Below are positions 39,070-49,586 of a DNA stretch of 64,000 nt, one piece after another; the first letter of the stretch is position 1; each line of letters begins with the position of its first letter. The notes beneath the pieces are model-generated. The model was not told where the DNA came from and did no database searches. It saw only the letters and a program-made list of their open reading frames with translations. Source of the stretch: Escherichia coli (lineage in GTDB: Bacteria > Pseudomonadota > Gammaproteobacteria > Enterobacterales > Enterobacteriaceae). The position numbers were made by a program, and so were the translations under genes. Location of the stretch: the NCBI RefSeq assembly GCF_017348835.2, contig NZ_CP072315.1. The stretch is one strand, 5' to 3'.

Positions 39070-39831
39070 ATGCAAATCTCAACTGAAGTTCTGAACGTCT
39101 TATCTCGCTGCCGTGCTGAAGGGAACTTTCTTTTCCTGGCCGACCAGCTCGACCGCAGCATTTATGTTAAGACAAACAAAGTGCTGGAAGCTGCCGGTGG
39201 CAAATGGAACCGAAAAGAGCAGGCACATATTTTTACGGCGGATGCAGCTGAGCGTATCGAGCAAATCATTCTGACAGGTTCGGTCGACATCCCACGTGAT
39301 TTGTTCAATTTCTTCCCTACCCCTGAGAATTTAGTCACAGATATGGTTCTACGCGCTGAACCAGCTGCCGGGGAACGTGTTCTGGAGCCTGAGTTTGGTG
39401 ATGGCCGCATTCTGAAAGCCTTAAAACTGGCGGCTCCGGATGCATTGATTACCGGGATCGAATTGAACGATGAGCGATTCCTTGCAGTGAAGAACGATAG
39501 TGTCCTTAGCACAGGGGCCGAGCTGGTGCATACCGACTTTCTTGGGTACCAGCCCGATGAAACTTTTGATGTTATCGTTATGAATCCACCATTCCTTAAA
39601 CGCTCTGACGTTAAACATGTCATGCATGCCATCGCAATGCTCGCTAAGCGAGGTCGCTTACAGGCCATTCTGTCAGCTGGGGTATTGTTCCGGGAAGACA
39701 CACTGACAAAAGCGCTCAGGGAGCGAGTCAAACAACTTGGCGGACAAATTTCGCCTCTTCCGGATGATACATTTAGGGAGTCCGGAACAAAGGTCAAAAC
39801 AGCCCGCCTTGAAATTGATCTTCGCCGCTAA
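39070..39831 (+). CDS. N6-adenine DNA methyltransferase (NPPF motif)
   Basis: DVIVMNPPF catalytic motif; start placed at the ATG preceded by GGAG (the ORF track extends to 39007). Confidence 0.7.
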   Translation: MQISTEVLNVLSRCRAEGNFLFLADQLDRSIYVKTNKVLEAAGGKWNRKEQAHIFTADAAERIEQIILTGSVDIPRDLFNFFPTPENLVTDMVLRAEPAAGERVLEPEFGDGRILKALKLAAPDALITGIELNDERFLAVKNDSVLSTGAELVHTDFLGYQPDETFDVIVMNPPFLKRSDVKHVMHAIAMLAKRGRLQAILSAGVLFREDTLTKALRERVKQLGGQISPLPDDTFRESGTKVKTARLEIDLRR

Positions 39832-39924
39832 CTGACAAGCAACCGGAAAGAAATCTTAATACGAGTAGCCGGTTAAAGTTACCTGACCGGCTTAACTGAC
39901 TAAATCAATAAAGAGTGAACAGAA

Positions 39925-40188
39925 ATGACGCATACTGCCGTTTCTCAGGCTAATAGTGCTTTGCAGCTACCCACGCTGGAGCATGTCTACGCACTTCTGA
40001 AAGCAAATTGTAAACCTGACCGCTTTGACGGGCGTGACGGACCCGTGTGGGGCCAGGAATACTCGTGGAATCTGGCAAAAGATCGCTTACAGGATCTGGA
40101 GAAATACGGTAAGGCATATGTCTCCCGTCATGAAGACCGTATGGGGGAAGGATTTAGTTTTGGTCCTGACCTGTTAATTATTCGCTAA
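39925..40188 (+). CDS. hypothetical protein
   Basis: 87-aa ORF. Confidence 0.4.
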   Translation: MTHTAVSQANSALQLPTLEHVYALLKANCKPDRFDGRDGPVWGQEYSWNLAKDRLQDLEKYGKAYVSRHEDRMGEGFSFGPDLLIIR

Positions 40189-40208
40189 CGCTCTTAAGGC
40201 CTGATGAT

Positions 40209-40820
40209 ATGGTAAGCACAACTGGAAAAAATATGTTTTCAAAGCCTATGACCACTTTCACACCAGAACGTATTGAACAAATTTTGGAATTTTCCGAGGG
40301 TAGTAACCCAAGCGAAGCAATGAGTCTTAGAGCTGACGAAGTTGCTGTACTGGCACGTATTGGAAAGGCAGTTATGTCGATTGCGCCTGTTTATCAGTGC
40401 GAGTTTTGCCACCATGACGCAACCGGGCAACTTCAGTGGCACTGGGAAGATGTGAACAAAGCTTTTTATGATAAATACGATCCAGACAGACGCGGAAGAC
40501 GTCGAATCCTCTATACCGCCCCGCCGATGCCTTTAGTTTCGGCTGACCTGCTTAACATGGCTTCATCTGCTATTGAAGACTTGCTCACTAACAAAGACAG
40601 AAGTGGTGCGGGAATGTGGAATGACATTCCAGAACAGCTACGACGCGCAGCAGAACTGGTAATGGATAATAGCCGGGCCGCTGAAATAGAAGCGATGCTG
40701 ATGCGTCTTTATGTAGAATGTGACACCGGTGAGCGCAGAGGCAACGGCAGTCAATCTGGCGTAGCAATGCCTTCGTGGCAAACCGTTGAAGAGGCACGTG
40801 TGTTGCTGGGGGTGAAATGA
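40209..40820 (+). CDS. hypothetical protein
   Basis: 203-aa ORF. Confidence 0.45.
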   Translation: MVSTTGKNMFSKPMTTFTPERIEQILEFSEGSNPSEAMSLRADEVAVLARIGKAVMSIAPVYQCEFCHHDATGQLQWHWEDVNKAFYDKYDPDRRGRRRILYTAPPMPLVSADLLNMASSAIEDLLTNKDRSGAGMWNDIPEQLRRAAELVMDNSRAAEIEAMLMRLYVECDTGERRGNGSQSGVAMPSWQTVEEARVLLGVK

Positions 40821-41284
40821 TGCAGTTCTCGCCAGGGCAGTTTGTAATTCACAACAAGAAGCGCCTTGCGGAACGAAGGTAGACGTACTGACTGAGGTTC
40901 ACTCCCCTCTCGACTGGTGGCGTAATACCGCCAGGTTTTGATTCATATATGCCGTCCGTTAACGCATTTATATCTGTCATACCTAATTTATCCTGATTCT
41001 TTTTTACACAAAGTAAAAGCATCACTTAATGCGATATGTGGATGCCGATAGTTTCAGGCTAATGTTATAAGTTTTGCAATCGTTGCCAGTTTGGATACCA
41101 CAGCAATGTCAGATGTAATTCCAAAAAGAAAGATTTACGTCCTGAACGCACAATAAGGTTTGTCGAAAGGCAAATTATAGATTTGTAATTTCGAGCACCA
41201 TATGGAGAAGTTTTTTATACTTTTACGAACATAGTGACCTTTAGGAAAAGCTTAAAATAACACCAAACCTAAAGGGGAATAAGA

Positions 41285-43705
41285 ATGAAACATCTCGCTT
41301 TTATTACTGCTGTAGCCGGACTCGGTATGTCTGTTCAGGCCCCAGCTCAGATATATGAATCGGCCTTTAAGGACACGAACGGTATTGAGATCCACGCCCC
41401 GTCTTCTCGTCTTATGCTTAATCCGGCATCACCGGTAACTTTGACACTTATTTCAGGTCTTGATCGTTTCGTTAATGTCAAAGTCACGAAAGACACTGGA
41501 ACTGTCATTCTTAATACTACGACTACACGGACGGGTGTATCAGACCGACTAACAGCTGCTGACGGTAGTGAGTTCTACGGCAAAAAAGTAACTTTGCCTG
41601 CTTTGGGTGAAGGCAAATTTGTCGTTCAGATAAACGTGTTAGATCTCAATCAGAAGCCTGTAGCGACCTATAACTATAACTGGCTAATTGATGTCACCCC
41701 TCCAGCGGCAAATGCTCTTACCGCTAATACTGGTTCTGGCTCTACCGCTGGTGACGTGTGGAAGCTTGGATTAGAGGCAACGGGGCAGTATGACTTCACC
41801 TCTTCGGGCGTAAGTGATGCAAATGGTATTGATAAGGGCCTAATATATATTTACAGGCAGGACGGTAGCCTCTACAGCACTACACAGATGCAGTATGACG
41901 TATCCGGCCAAAAGATGTACCACACTTACTCTAAGAATTCAGTTAAGGGAACCGGAATACCAGACAGCAACCTGGATGAAGACTTTACTGCAAAAGTTGT
42001 TATCTTCGATAACGCAGGTAATAGCCGAACGCTGCCAACTCAAAAATTTCGCTACGACAACACGCTGGGTGAGATGACACTGTGGGCCGTTCATGATCCA
42101 AATACGTCTTCCAGCGTCGTACCCGGGGTTTCTAATTATCCGGCTTACAAAGCCGGTATGGTCGTTAACGAAAACCCTATTCGATTAGTCTACCGGATCC
42201 CAAAATCTAACTACCGTGCTTATTCAGAAGGTGGGCTTCAGTTCATCAATCAATATTCCGCCCCCAAAGAGATAGCTGTAGACAGCACTTATGCTTATGT
42301 TGAAATGACTCTTCCCTATGGCTCAATTAATGGGGATATGGCTCGTATGGCGAACTTTGGCCAGTGGGGAGGGTATTATCCGTCATACAGCCTCGTTCTA
42401 AACCCATCTGCAAACCAAACGCCTGCATTTGCGGGTACCTGGGTAGATTTCCTCGATGATAAGGGGAACTGGGTTAAGTGGAAGGATTTTGAGAGTGTGG
42501 CTTCATCACGACTGCCAATTAAAATTTCCCGACTTCGTTTTAACGTTGAAGCCCGGCCCTTTGCACAGGAGATCGGCGGTAAGGCGACCTGCACCATTCC
42601 GGCAGGAAAAACCTCGTGTGAAGCGCCTGAGACGTTTGATATGGCCTTGGGTACCCAGGGCTACAATAGAATCCTTTACTTCGTTCGCAGCATCAGCAAT
42701 CCCATTTTGCGGTCTGAGCAATGGATTATGACACGCTGGAACAATAAACAACTGCCGGTAATAAACTCGATATCATATGACGAGACTAACAAGCAGCTGG
42801 ATGTACTGGCGTCACTTGAAGGCGATGGTAACTGGTTCGACTCGGTCTCATTGAGGGAATTTTATCTTTCCGATAAGAACACCGGTACCCGGATGTCACC
42901 AACAGGCGTAATCAAATCTCGTATCTCAGGTAACTACACGATTGCTTATGATTTATCCCGTCAGTCTGAAGGAAAATACAACGTTGAGGTCAACATCAGG
43001 GACTTCTTCCAGAACCAGACCAATAAAACTTTCGGAGAAATTGCTCTGGATAACACTCCTCCGACAGTGGCCATAACATTCGACGGAAAGCCGGTAAAAG
43101 ACGATACGGTAGTGTACGGCCTGGAGAACCTCAGGATCGCTCTGGCAGATAATCTGACAACCCCGAGGATAACCCGTCTTCAGCTCGTAGGTGGCCCCAC
43201 AGCTGATAACGTTGAGCTTACGTGGTCACCGGCAGGCAAAGATACATACATGCCTGAGTATCCGAGGCTGTTCCCAAATTTCGAACCATCTGAAAATTAT
43301 TCAATTAGCGTAACAGTTGCCGATAGTCAGTCGAATACCAAAACCTATACTCAGAAGTTCAGTTATCTACCGAATAACCTTGTGCAGTTACATAATCTAC
43401 GCACATTGTCGGTCAGTTCACCTCTCAAAACGACAGATGGCGTACCACTTGCGTACCTGTCCACTAACGTTCTGCGTAAGACAAATGGAGAAATTGCTAA
43501 AGGGGTCCAGAACGCAACGCTGACTGTGCGGAAGGATGCAGCCTTCGGTATTAAATTTAATGGGGCACAGGCGGCTCCAGGCGAGTCAGTTGAGGTGCAA
43601 ATAGATATGGGCCAGGGGGATAATCTTCTGTTACCCGTTTATCCTTCCGAAAATGGGAAAGTTGGCACCTCAGAATTCATGATTCAGATCGACGAGTTGA
43701 AGTAA
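41285..43705 (+). CDS. large secreted beta-rich protein (paralog 2 of 3)
   Basis: 806 aa, signal peptide, collinear conserved blocks with 35274..37691 and 49587..52043. Confidence 0.7.
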   Translation: MKHLAFITAVAGLGMSVQAPAQIYESAFKDTNGIEIHAPSSRLMLNPASPVTLTLISGLDRFVNVKVTKDTGTVILNTTTTRTGVSDRLTAADGSEFYGKKVTLPALGEGKFVVQINVLDLNQKPVATYNYNWLIDVTPPAANALTANTGSGSTAGDVWKLGLEATGQYDFTSSGVSDANGIDKGLIYIYRQDGSLYSTTQMQYDVSGQKMYHTYSKNSVKGTGIPDSNLDEDFTAKVVIFDNAGNSRTLPTQKFRYDNTLGEMTLWAVHDPNTSSSVVPGVSNYPAYKAGMVVNENPIRLVYRIPKSNYRAYSEGGLQFINQYSAPKEIAVDSTYAYVEMTLPYGSINGDMARMANFGQWGGYYPSYSLVLNPSANQTPAFAGTWVDFLDDKGNWVKWKDFESVASSRLPIKISRLRFNVEARPFAQEIGGKATCTIPAGKTSCEAPETFDMALGTQGYNRILYFVRSISNPILRSEQWIMTRWNNKQLPVINSISYDETNKQLDVLASLEGDGNWFDSVSLREFYLSDKNTGTRMSPTGVIKSRISGNYTIAYDLSRQSEGKYNVEVNIRDFFQNQTNKTFGEIALDNTPPTVAITFDGKPVKDDTVVYGLENLRIALADNLTTPRITRLQLVGGPTADNVELTWSPAGKDTYMPEYPRLFPNFEPSENYSISVTVADSQSNTKTYTQKFSYLPNNLVQLHNLRTLSVSSPLKTTDGVPLAYLSTNVLRKTNGEIAKGVQNATLTVRKDAAFGIKFNGAQAAPGESVEVQIDMGQGDNLLLPVYPSENGKVGTSEFMIQIDELK

Positions 43706-43808
43706 CTACCCGGAGCCGACAGTAAAACTGACGGCTTCAATTTTACTGCCCTCCTCGACTCCGATCAGCCAGTACGTCTTCAGAGATTCGCAAGGAAGAA
43801 CCGAAAGA

Positions 43809-43819
43809 AAAGTTACTTT
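43809..43819. promoter_or_regulatory. AAAGTWACTTT palindromic motif copy
   Basis: aaagttacttt; downstream of paralog 2, left of the repeat array. Confidence 0.4.
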
Positions 43820-43865
43820 AATCGTACGTTTCCAGCGATGCTTTCAAAAGACAATGCATACTCGT

Positions 43866-44290
43866 TGATTACGACAATGGGAGTGAGTGTCGAACCCCTT
43901 GAGTAAGGATACCTGGTAAATATACAGCCCCGGGGATTCTCTTCCTTCAACCGGGGATGACAACGGGAGTGAGTCCGGCAACTCACACCTGTTGTCACTT
44001 CTCTGACATATCGTCATACGAGCTTACTCAAGCGCATCCACAAAGATGGGATCGTTTTGAATCTAAACTGGTACTGGTTAGCCAGTCACTTGCATCTACT
44101 CCCCCGTCGATATTTAAGTGACAATTGTAGTGATCTGCAATACTGGTGTCTCAGAAACACTGACGACGGTAGAGACTCAATACCCTAACCCCTGACAACA
44201 GAAGTGAGCTTAGAGGTGTTACGCTGCTGTCACCTAATGCTTGGGAATTGCCTGACTCACAACCATTGTCATCCGGAGCTACTGATTAAC
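43866..44290. repeat. degenerate palindromic iteron-pair units (left part of the array split by the IS91-family element)
   Basis: Units such as gacaacgggagtgagtccggcaactcacacctgttgtcac resemble the array at 45998..47316. Confidence 0.4.
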
Positions 44291-44294
44291 GTTG

Positions 44295-45985
44295 AACCAC
44301 GGCAGCCTGGCGGCTGCAAATTGAAAACCGCCCCGGTTCGTCCTGTTGTTGCCGCACGCCCCGCAGAATATGTATGCTCTGAGGACCTGTTTTATTAAGG
44401 ACTCATCCCCTTATGTTGACCCGCAAAAGTATCGATACAGTTCTGCTCTCTGTTGGTGCTGAGAAGCTCTCACAACGAGAATGGGACTGGATGAAAATGC
44501 TCAAACCCATGGACCCACCACCTGCGATGGTGACGACCTCCATCCTGAAGCGCCGTGGCGATACAGCAGCCCTTACCCTGCTACAGGATACCGGGGTTTA
44601 ATCCATCCTCATGTTGTCCGGTTTTACTCCCCGCCCTCTGAAACGTCTGTTCACAGCCAACCAGTGCTGGACGTCCTTCCTGGATGCGGGCGGTCTGCGC
44701 GATATCGAGGTTGAAGCCGTCACCAAAATGCTGGCCTGCGGCACACGGATACTGGGTGTAAAAGAGTTCGGGTGTGATAACCCGGACTGTCAGCACGTAA
44801 AGTACCTGACCAACTCATGCGGCAGCCGTGCCTGCCCGTCCTGCGGAAAGAAGGCCACAGACCTGTGGACAGCAACACAGCTGAATCGTCTTCCTGACTG
44901 CGACTGGGTACATCTGGTCTTCACCCTGCCGGACACGCTGTGGCCGGTGTTCGAAAGCAACCGCTGGCTGCTGAATGACGTGTGCCGTCTGGCGGTGGAG
45001 AATCTGCTGTATGCCGCCCGAAAACGGGGGCTGGAACCCGGTATCTTCTGCGCCATCCACACGTATGGCCGTCGTCTCAACTGGCATCCGCATGTACATG
45101 TGTCTGTAACCTGTGGAGGTCTGAATAAGCATGGTCAGTGGAAAAAGCTGAGCTTCCTGAAAGACGCGATGCGTTCACGGTGGATGTGGAATATGCGGCA
45201 GCTGCTTCTGAAAGCGTGGTCAGAGGGGATGGCAATGCCGGAGTCGTTGTCACATATCACGACGGAATCACAGTGGAGAAGCCTGGTGCTGAAATCCGGC
45301 GGAAAATACTGGCATGTGTACATGTCGAAGAAGACAGCCGGAGGGCGGAATACGGCACGCTACCTGGGTCGTTATCTGAAGAAGCCACCAATAGCGGCTT
45401 CCCGACTGGCTCATTACAACGGAGGGGCAAGCCTGAGCTTCCGTTACCTGGACCACAAAACGGGAGAAACGGCGACGGAAACGCTGACACAGCGTGAGCT
45501 GGTCGCGAGGCTGAAACAGCACATCCCGGAGAAGTTTTTTAAGATGGTGAGGTACTTCGGGTTCCTTGCCAACCGTGTGTGTGGAGAGAAGCTGCCGCAG
45601 GTGTACCGTGCACTGGGGATGGATAAACCGGAACCAGTGGCGAAAGTGTGCTATGCACAAATGGTGAAACAGTTCCTGAGTCGTGACCCGTTCGAATGCG
45701 TGCTGTGTGGCTGCCGGATGGTATACCGCCGGGCCATTGCGGGGCTGAATGTATCAGGGCTGAAGAAAAACGCGCGGGATATCAGTCTACTGAGGTATAT
45801 GCCGGCCTGACACAGGCTAAGTGTGCCCGGGAATCGGTGAAAGTATAAAAAACAGCCTGTTACGGTATAAAAATCGACCATACAGAGAGGGAAACCACCG
45901 GAGTGGTGGGAAAAGCAGAAAGGCTCACGTGGCATAAGGCGTGGACAATGGTATCGACTGGTTTTTCAATTTCCTATACGTGAAC
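44295..45985 (+). mobile_element. IS91-family insertion sequence (boundaries approximate)
   Basis: Rolling-circle transposase gene flanked by similar sequences (cgttgaaccacgg at left, cgtgaaccgctgg at right) and lying inside the palindromic repeat array. Confidence 0.45.
44611..45810 (+). CDS. IS91-family (HUH, rolling-circle) transposase
   Basis: N-terminal Cys-rich zinc-binding region, HPHVHV HUH motif and ARYLGRYL tyrosine motif. Confidence 0.8.
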   Translation: MLSGFTPRPLKRLFTANQCWTSFLDAGGLRDIEVEAVTKMLACGTRILGVKEFGCDNPDCQHVKYLTNSCGSRACPSCGKKATDLWTATQLNRLPDCDWVHLVFTLPDTLWPVFESNRWLLNDVCRLAVENLLYAARKRGLEPGIFCAIHTYGRRLNWHPHVHVSVTCGGLNKHGQWKKLSFLKDAMRSRWMWNMRQLLLKAWSEGMAMPESLSHITTESQWRSLVLKSGGKYWHVYMSKKTAGGRNTARYLGRYLKKPPIAASRLAHYNGGASLSFRYLDHKTGETATETLTQRELVARLKQHIPEKFFKMVRYFGFLANRVCGEKLPQVYRALGMDKPEPVAKVCYAQMVKQFLSRDPFECVLCGCRMVYRRAIAGLNVSGLKKNARDISLLRYMPA

Positions 45986-45997
45986 CGCTGGACTTTA

Positions 45998-47316
45998 ATG
46001 ACAGTGGTAGTGATGGATAGGCTCATTTCCATTGTCGTCATTTTATCGGACAAGCCTCTTCGTCCTACAGGTTTAAGCTGACAATGGTAGTGATTGGATG
46101 ATCTCACTACTGTTGTCACTCAGTTCTTTGAGCGGACCCTTCCCTCGGTTGGTCGGCATTAACAACGGTAGTGACTCGATTGGCTCACTGCCATTGTCAT
46201 CGTGTAAATGACGTACCTTATCAGCTCAGCTGAAAGCAATGACAACGGTAGTGACTCTAATTGCTCACTGCCATTGTCGTCGTGTCTATTGAGAGCCTTA
46301 TCAGTGCACCTGAAAAGCAATGACAACGGTAGTGATTCTAATGGCTCACTACCGTTGTCACCGTGTGTATTGAGAGGATGGTCCACTTAACTGGACGTAT
46401 ATGACAATGGTAGTGACTTTAATAGCTCACTACCATTGTCGGTGTGTGAATTGAGAGGATGAGCAGCTCAGCTGTACGTCCATGACAATGGTAATGACTT
46501 AATGAGCTCACTACCGTTGTCACCCTGTTAATTAAGAGGCTCATCTGCTCTTCTGGAAGGCTATGACAACGGAAGTGACTTGCTGGGCTCACTGCCATTG
46601 TCGCCGTATGAATTGAGAGGATCATCCGCTCTTCTGGATGGCAATGACAACGGTAATGACTTAATAGGCTCACTACCATTGTCACCCTGTGAATTGAGAG
46701 GATGATCTGCTTAACCAGACGGCCATGACAACGGTAGTGACTTTCTGGGCTCAATACCGTTGTCACCCTGTGAGTTAAGAGGTTGACCCGCTCTACTGGA
46801 CGGCCATGACAACGGTAGTCACTTTCTGGGCTCACTACCGTTGTCGCCATATAGAATGAGAGGAGCATCAGCTCAACTGAACGGCAATGACTACAGTAAT
46901 GAGCTGGATGAAGCATAACCATTGACATCTGGCCCAACCGGAAGCCGTATTCGCCAATCCAATCGAGATTCACAATGGCCGTGACTCGCCGCATTAAGTT
47001 CCGGTGTCCTCCTAAAGCTGAACGCACACTCGGAGGACAATGACAATGCCAGTAAGGTACACATCATTACCATTGTCACTATAGCTACCAGAGAAGCCGG
47101 GATTTGAATGTCGATGGTAGTGAGTGGGTCAACTCACTGCCATTGTCACCCCGTTACGATATTTTCCGTTGGATGTACTGGCCAATGAAGTAAAGCGTAG
47201 AAACCGGGTGTTAACAGGTGACTCAGGAGAAAGCGTTGAATTTCGCAATCTCGATCTACATAGGGTGGTAGAGAACAATGACAACGGTAATGACTTTTGA
47301 CTCATTACCGTTGACG
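45998..47316. repeat. array of about 16 head-to-head iteron pairs with about 80-82 bp phasing
   Basis: Units of TGACAACGGTAGTGAC, 8-11 bp spacer, GCTCACTACCGTTGTCA beginning near 46080, 46163, 46240, 46320, 46401, 46481, 46562, 46642, 46724, 46806 plus degenerate copies; the half-site matches the 21-bp iterons upstream of repA. Confidence 0.8.
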
Positions 47317-47390
47317 TGAAAGAGCGGGCTGGGACTAACGAAAATCGAAGAAGTAATTTAGCACCCGGAGCCTAAACCGCCGGGTTAACT

Positions 47391-48479
47391 TTAGCTGGCG
47401 TTGCTGTTCTTTTTCTGGCTTCGAAGACTACGAATATAGCGCAGTTCTTCAGCGGTTAAATCATGGACGGTAAGAACATCATCGCCGTCAATCGGGTCAG
47501 CTGGTGGGCATAACTCACCTTCTAAAACAGAAGACCCTGAGTTCTCTTCTTCATCTTCAACCACTTCTAAAGGAGGCTGAGTATTGTTCAAATTCAGATC
47601 GGGATCCCGCTTATGAATCTGGAAGTATACTTTTCCGTCTTTCTTAATTTCGGTGTACTTGAGGTATCCTATCGATGCCAACTCTTCAAGAGCCTTTCTC
47701 ACGGTAGCATTCTGACTATTTGCTCGTGTTTTGAGGTTCAGACGATTTTTCAGCCGAGTAAGGGATATCGGTATAGGATTTGGCGGTAATGACTCTATGA
47801 ACGTATAGAGAGCCTGGGCGCTTTCCTTCTTGGCCAACTCCTTAATTGCCTTCAGCTGCATCAAAACCTTATGATCGTATTGATAGAGCTCGAAAATCTT
47901 AGGATCAACCTGAAGGACAACCTGATCTGATTCCGGGTCTAACAGGGCAGACTGTACCAGATGCGTTGTATAGACTTTGGACGAGTTATTACTGGTGAAC
48001 GACAAGGTAACGGATGCTAACCTGCGTAAGGAGGCGTCTATACGTTTTCTGGACGCTGTAGATGAGCGATAATTTTCAGGCGTACATAGCTTGAGGAATT
48101 CAGTGAATTTTAAGCTTATCGTGTCATTGTTAATCGGATGATTGGCATAGGTTCGAATGATGCCCATCCACGTCTTAAAATCTACTGACATATTAAGACG
48201 CTCACCGACAATTGAAATATTGGTGAACCCCTCGCTCTCCATTAAAGAGAGCGTCTGTAACTCTTTCGTTGCGTCAAAGCCAACCGTTTTATATTCCCGA
48301 TTTTGACGCCCCACACTCTTTGGTGATGGGACGAACAGCCCGAGCCGCATCAAAGCAATAGACTGCACCGTACGGTTGCTGTTAGGACGCAAAATGATGT
48401 CTTTACCTGATTCTTTCTCTCTAACAGAGAAAGCCCTGGTGACCAGGTCCTGCTGCTCAGTATCTTTCTCTTTAGTCAT
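47391..48479 (-). CDS. repA: plasmid replication initiator RepA (RepFIB-like, Rep_3 family)
   Basis: TVQSIALMRLGLFVP, DFKTWMGII, THLVQSALLDPESD, FELYQYDHKVLMQLKAI and ESAQALYTFIESLP blocks resemble RepFIB-type initiators as I recall them. Confidence 0.85.
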   Translation of the reverse strand: MTKEKDTEQQDLVTRAFSVREKESGKDIILRPNSNRTVQSIALMRLGLFVPSPKSVGRQNREYKTVGFDATKELQTLSLMESEGFTNISIVGERLNMSVDFKTWMGIIRTYANHPINNDTISLKFTEFLKLCTPENYRSSTASRKRIDASLRRLASVTLSFTSNNSSKVYTTHLVQSALLDPESDQVVLQVDPKIFELYQYDHKVLMQLKAIKELAKKESAQALYTFIESLPPNPIPISLTRLKNRLNLKTRANSQNATVRKALEELASIGYLKYTEIKKDGKVYFQIHKRDPDLNLNNTQPPLEVVEDEEENSGSSVLEGELCPPADPIDGDDVLTVHDLTAEELRYIRSLRSQKKNSNAS

Positions 48480-48690
48480 AATAAGTTATCACTGAATGTG
48501 TAAACAGATTGGTGAATAGTAAGCCCCAGCGAACTCTATGTCACTGGATGGATCATTGTGATGATCCATATCTGTGCATAAGTTCTACCTAAAAAAACGA
48601 CTCCACTCATTAAAACTTGGCAAAAACTCTTTGCATACAATGACCTGCAACTCTTATCAACAACGGATCAGATCAAGTTAAAAAGATCTA

Positions 48691-48800
48691 ATGAAAAGTC
48701 ACTACTATTGTCGCTCTGATCACTACTGATGTCAAAAAACTCATTACCAACGTTATAATAATCACTACTAATGTCAAAATAATCACTACTGTTGTCACTG
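48691..48800. repeat. five 21-22 bp direct iterons (origin set 1)
   Basis: tcactact(a/g)ttgtc-like repeats at about 21-bp spacing upstream of repA. Confidence 0.7.
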
Positions 48801-49094
48801 ATCACGTCTCAGGCCTTGTGCCGTCTGGCCTGGAGGCAGCGGGGATCTCTTTTGATCTATCAGGAACACTAAGGTACTAATTATTGGAACTACCTTGTGG
48901 AAAATGGGGATAAATAAATGCTTAGTTCTTATACAGGTCTCAACTTGCCTCCCTGATAAAAACTGTCGTCAAAGCTAAATCACAGCCACAGGCATTTTCG
49001 GTGGATAAATTTTTGAGAAATAGAAGCATACATGCAGACTCGTGTCGCAAGTAATTGAAAGTAATGATTTATTTAAATAATGCGAGTCACCTTA

Positions 49095-49215
49095 CCTCAC
49101 AGTGGAAGTTTAAGTCTAACCTCACTACCATTGTCACTTAAAATCATTACCAACGTCGAAATAGTCTCTACCATTGTCTTTTAAGTCACTCCCGTTGTCA
49201 CTTATGTCGCTACTG
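49095..49215. repeat. five 21-22 bp direct iterons (origin set 2)
   Basis: Second block of the same iteron followed by a sequence related to that after set 1. Confidence 0.7.
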
Positions 49216-49586
49216 TTGTCAGTGACAATGCTCCAGCCCAGTAACCATGCGGCCTACAGCGTACCGGGATCTTCTTTGTACTCTCTGGCACCTTTGGGAT
49301 CATTTATTGGATCTACATGAGGGATAAAATCTTTTGACGATTTCGTAGTGCAGTTATACCAGCGACTTAGCAAGACAAAAGCTGCAATTTAGTGACGAGT
49401 TACTAGTCTGCCCAACAAGAGCAATGCAGAGAAGATATGTGGTGAAATGACCATGGTAGTGAGTCTAATCACTACCATGGTCCGCAGTAAGCGTTACTTA
49501 CGCAATGAACGTCGGACTGATTTGCAACAACATGGGCTACGGCGCATCAGAAGGCGGCCGTTGTGCTTCAGCAAAACAGCCCTGCT

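Noticed and set aside
39162-39797. 211-aa minus-strand ORF
   Set aside because: Antisense to the NPPF methyltransferase gene; Ser/Arg-rich translation typical of a shadow ORF.
44790-45935. Minus-strand ORFs overlapping the IS91-family transposase (44790..45080, 44815..45132, 45257..45490, 45268..45660, 45651..45935)
   Set aside because: Antisense to a transposase with clear HUH and zinc-finger motifs; no support of their own.
46159-47079. ORFs in the track at 46159..46386, 46208..46390, 46419..47027 and 46891..47079
   Set aside because: They translate the periodic palindromic iteron array, giving repetitive HYRCHGR-like peptides; the periodicity reflects DNA repeats, not a protein.
45998-47316. 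Possible CRISPR array, given regularly spaced repeats
   Set aside because: Each unit is an inverted pair matching the repA iterons, units are degenerate rather than identical direct repeats, and the array sits next to a replication initiator with no cas genes.
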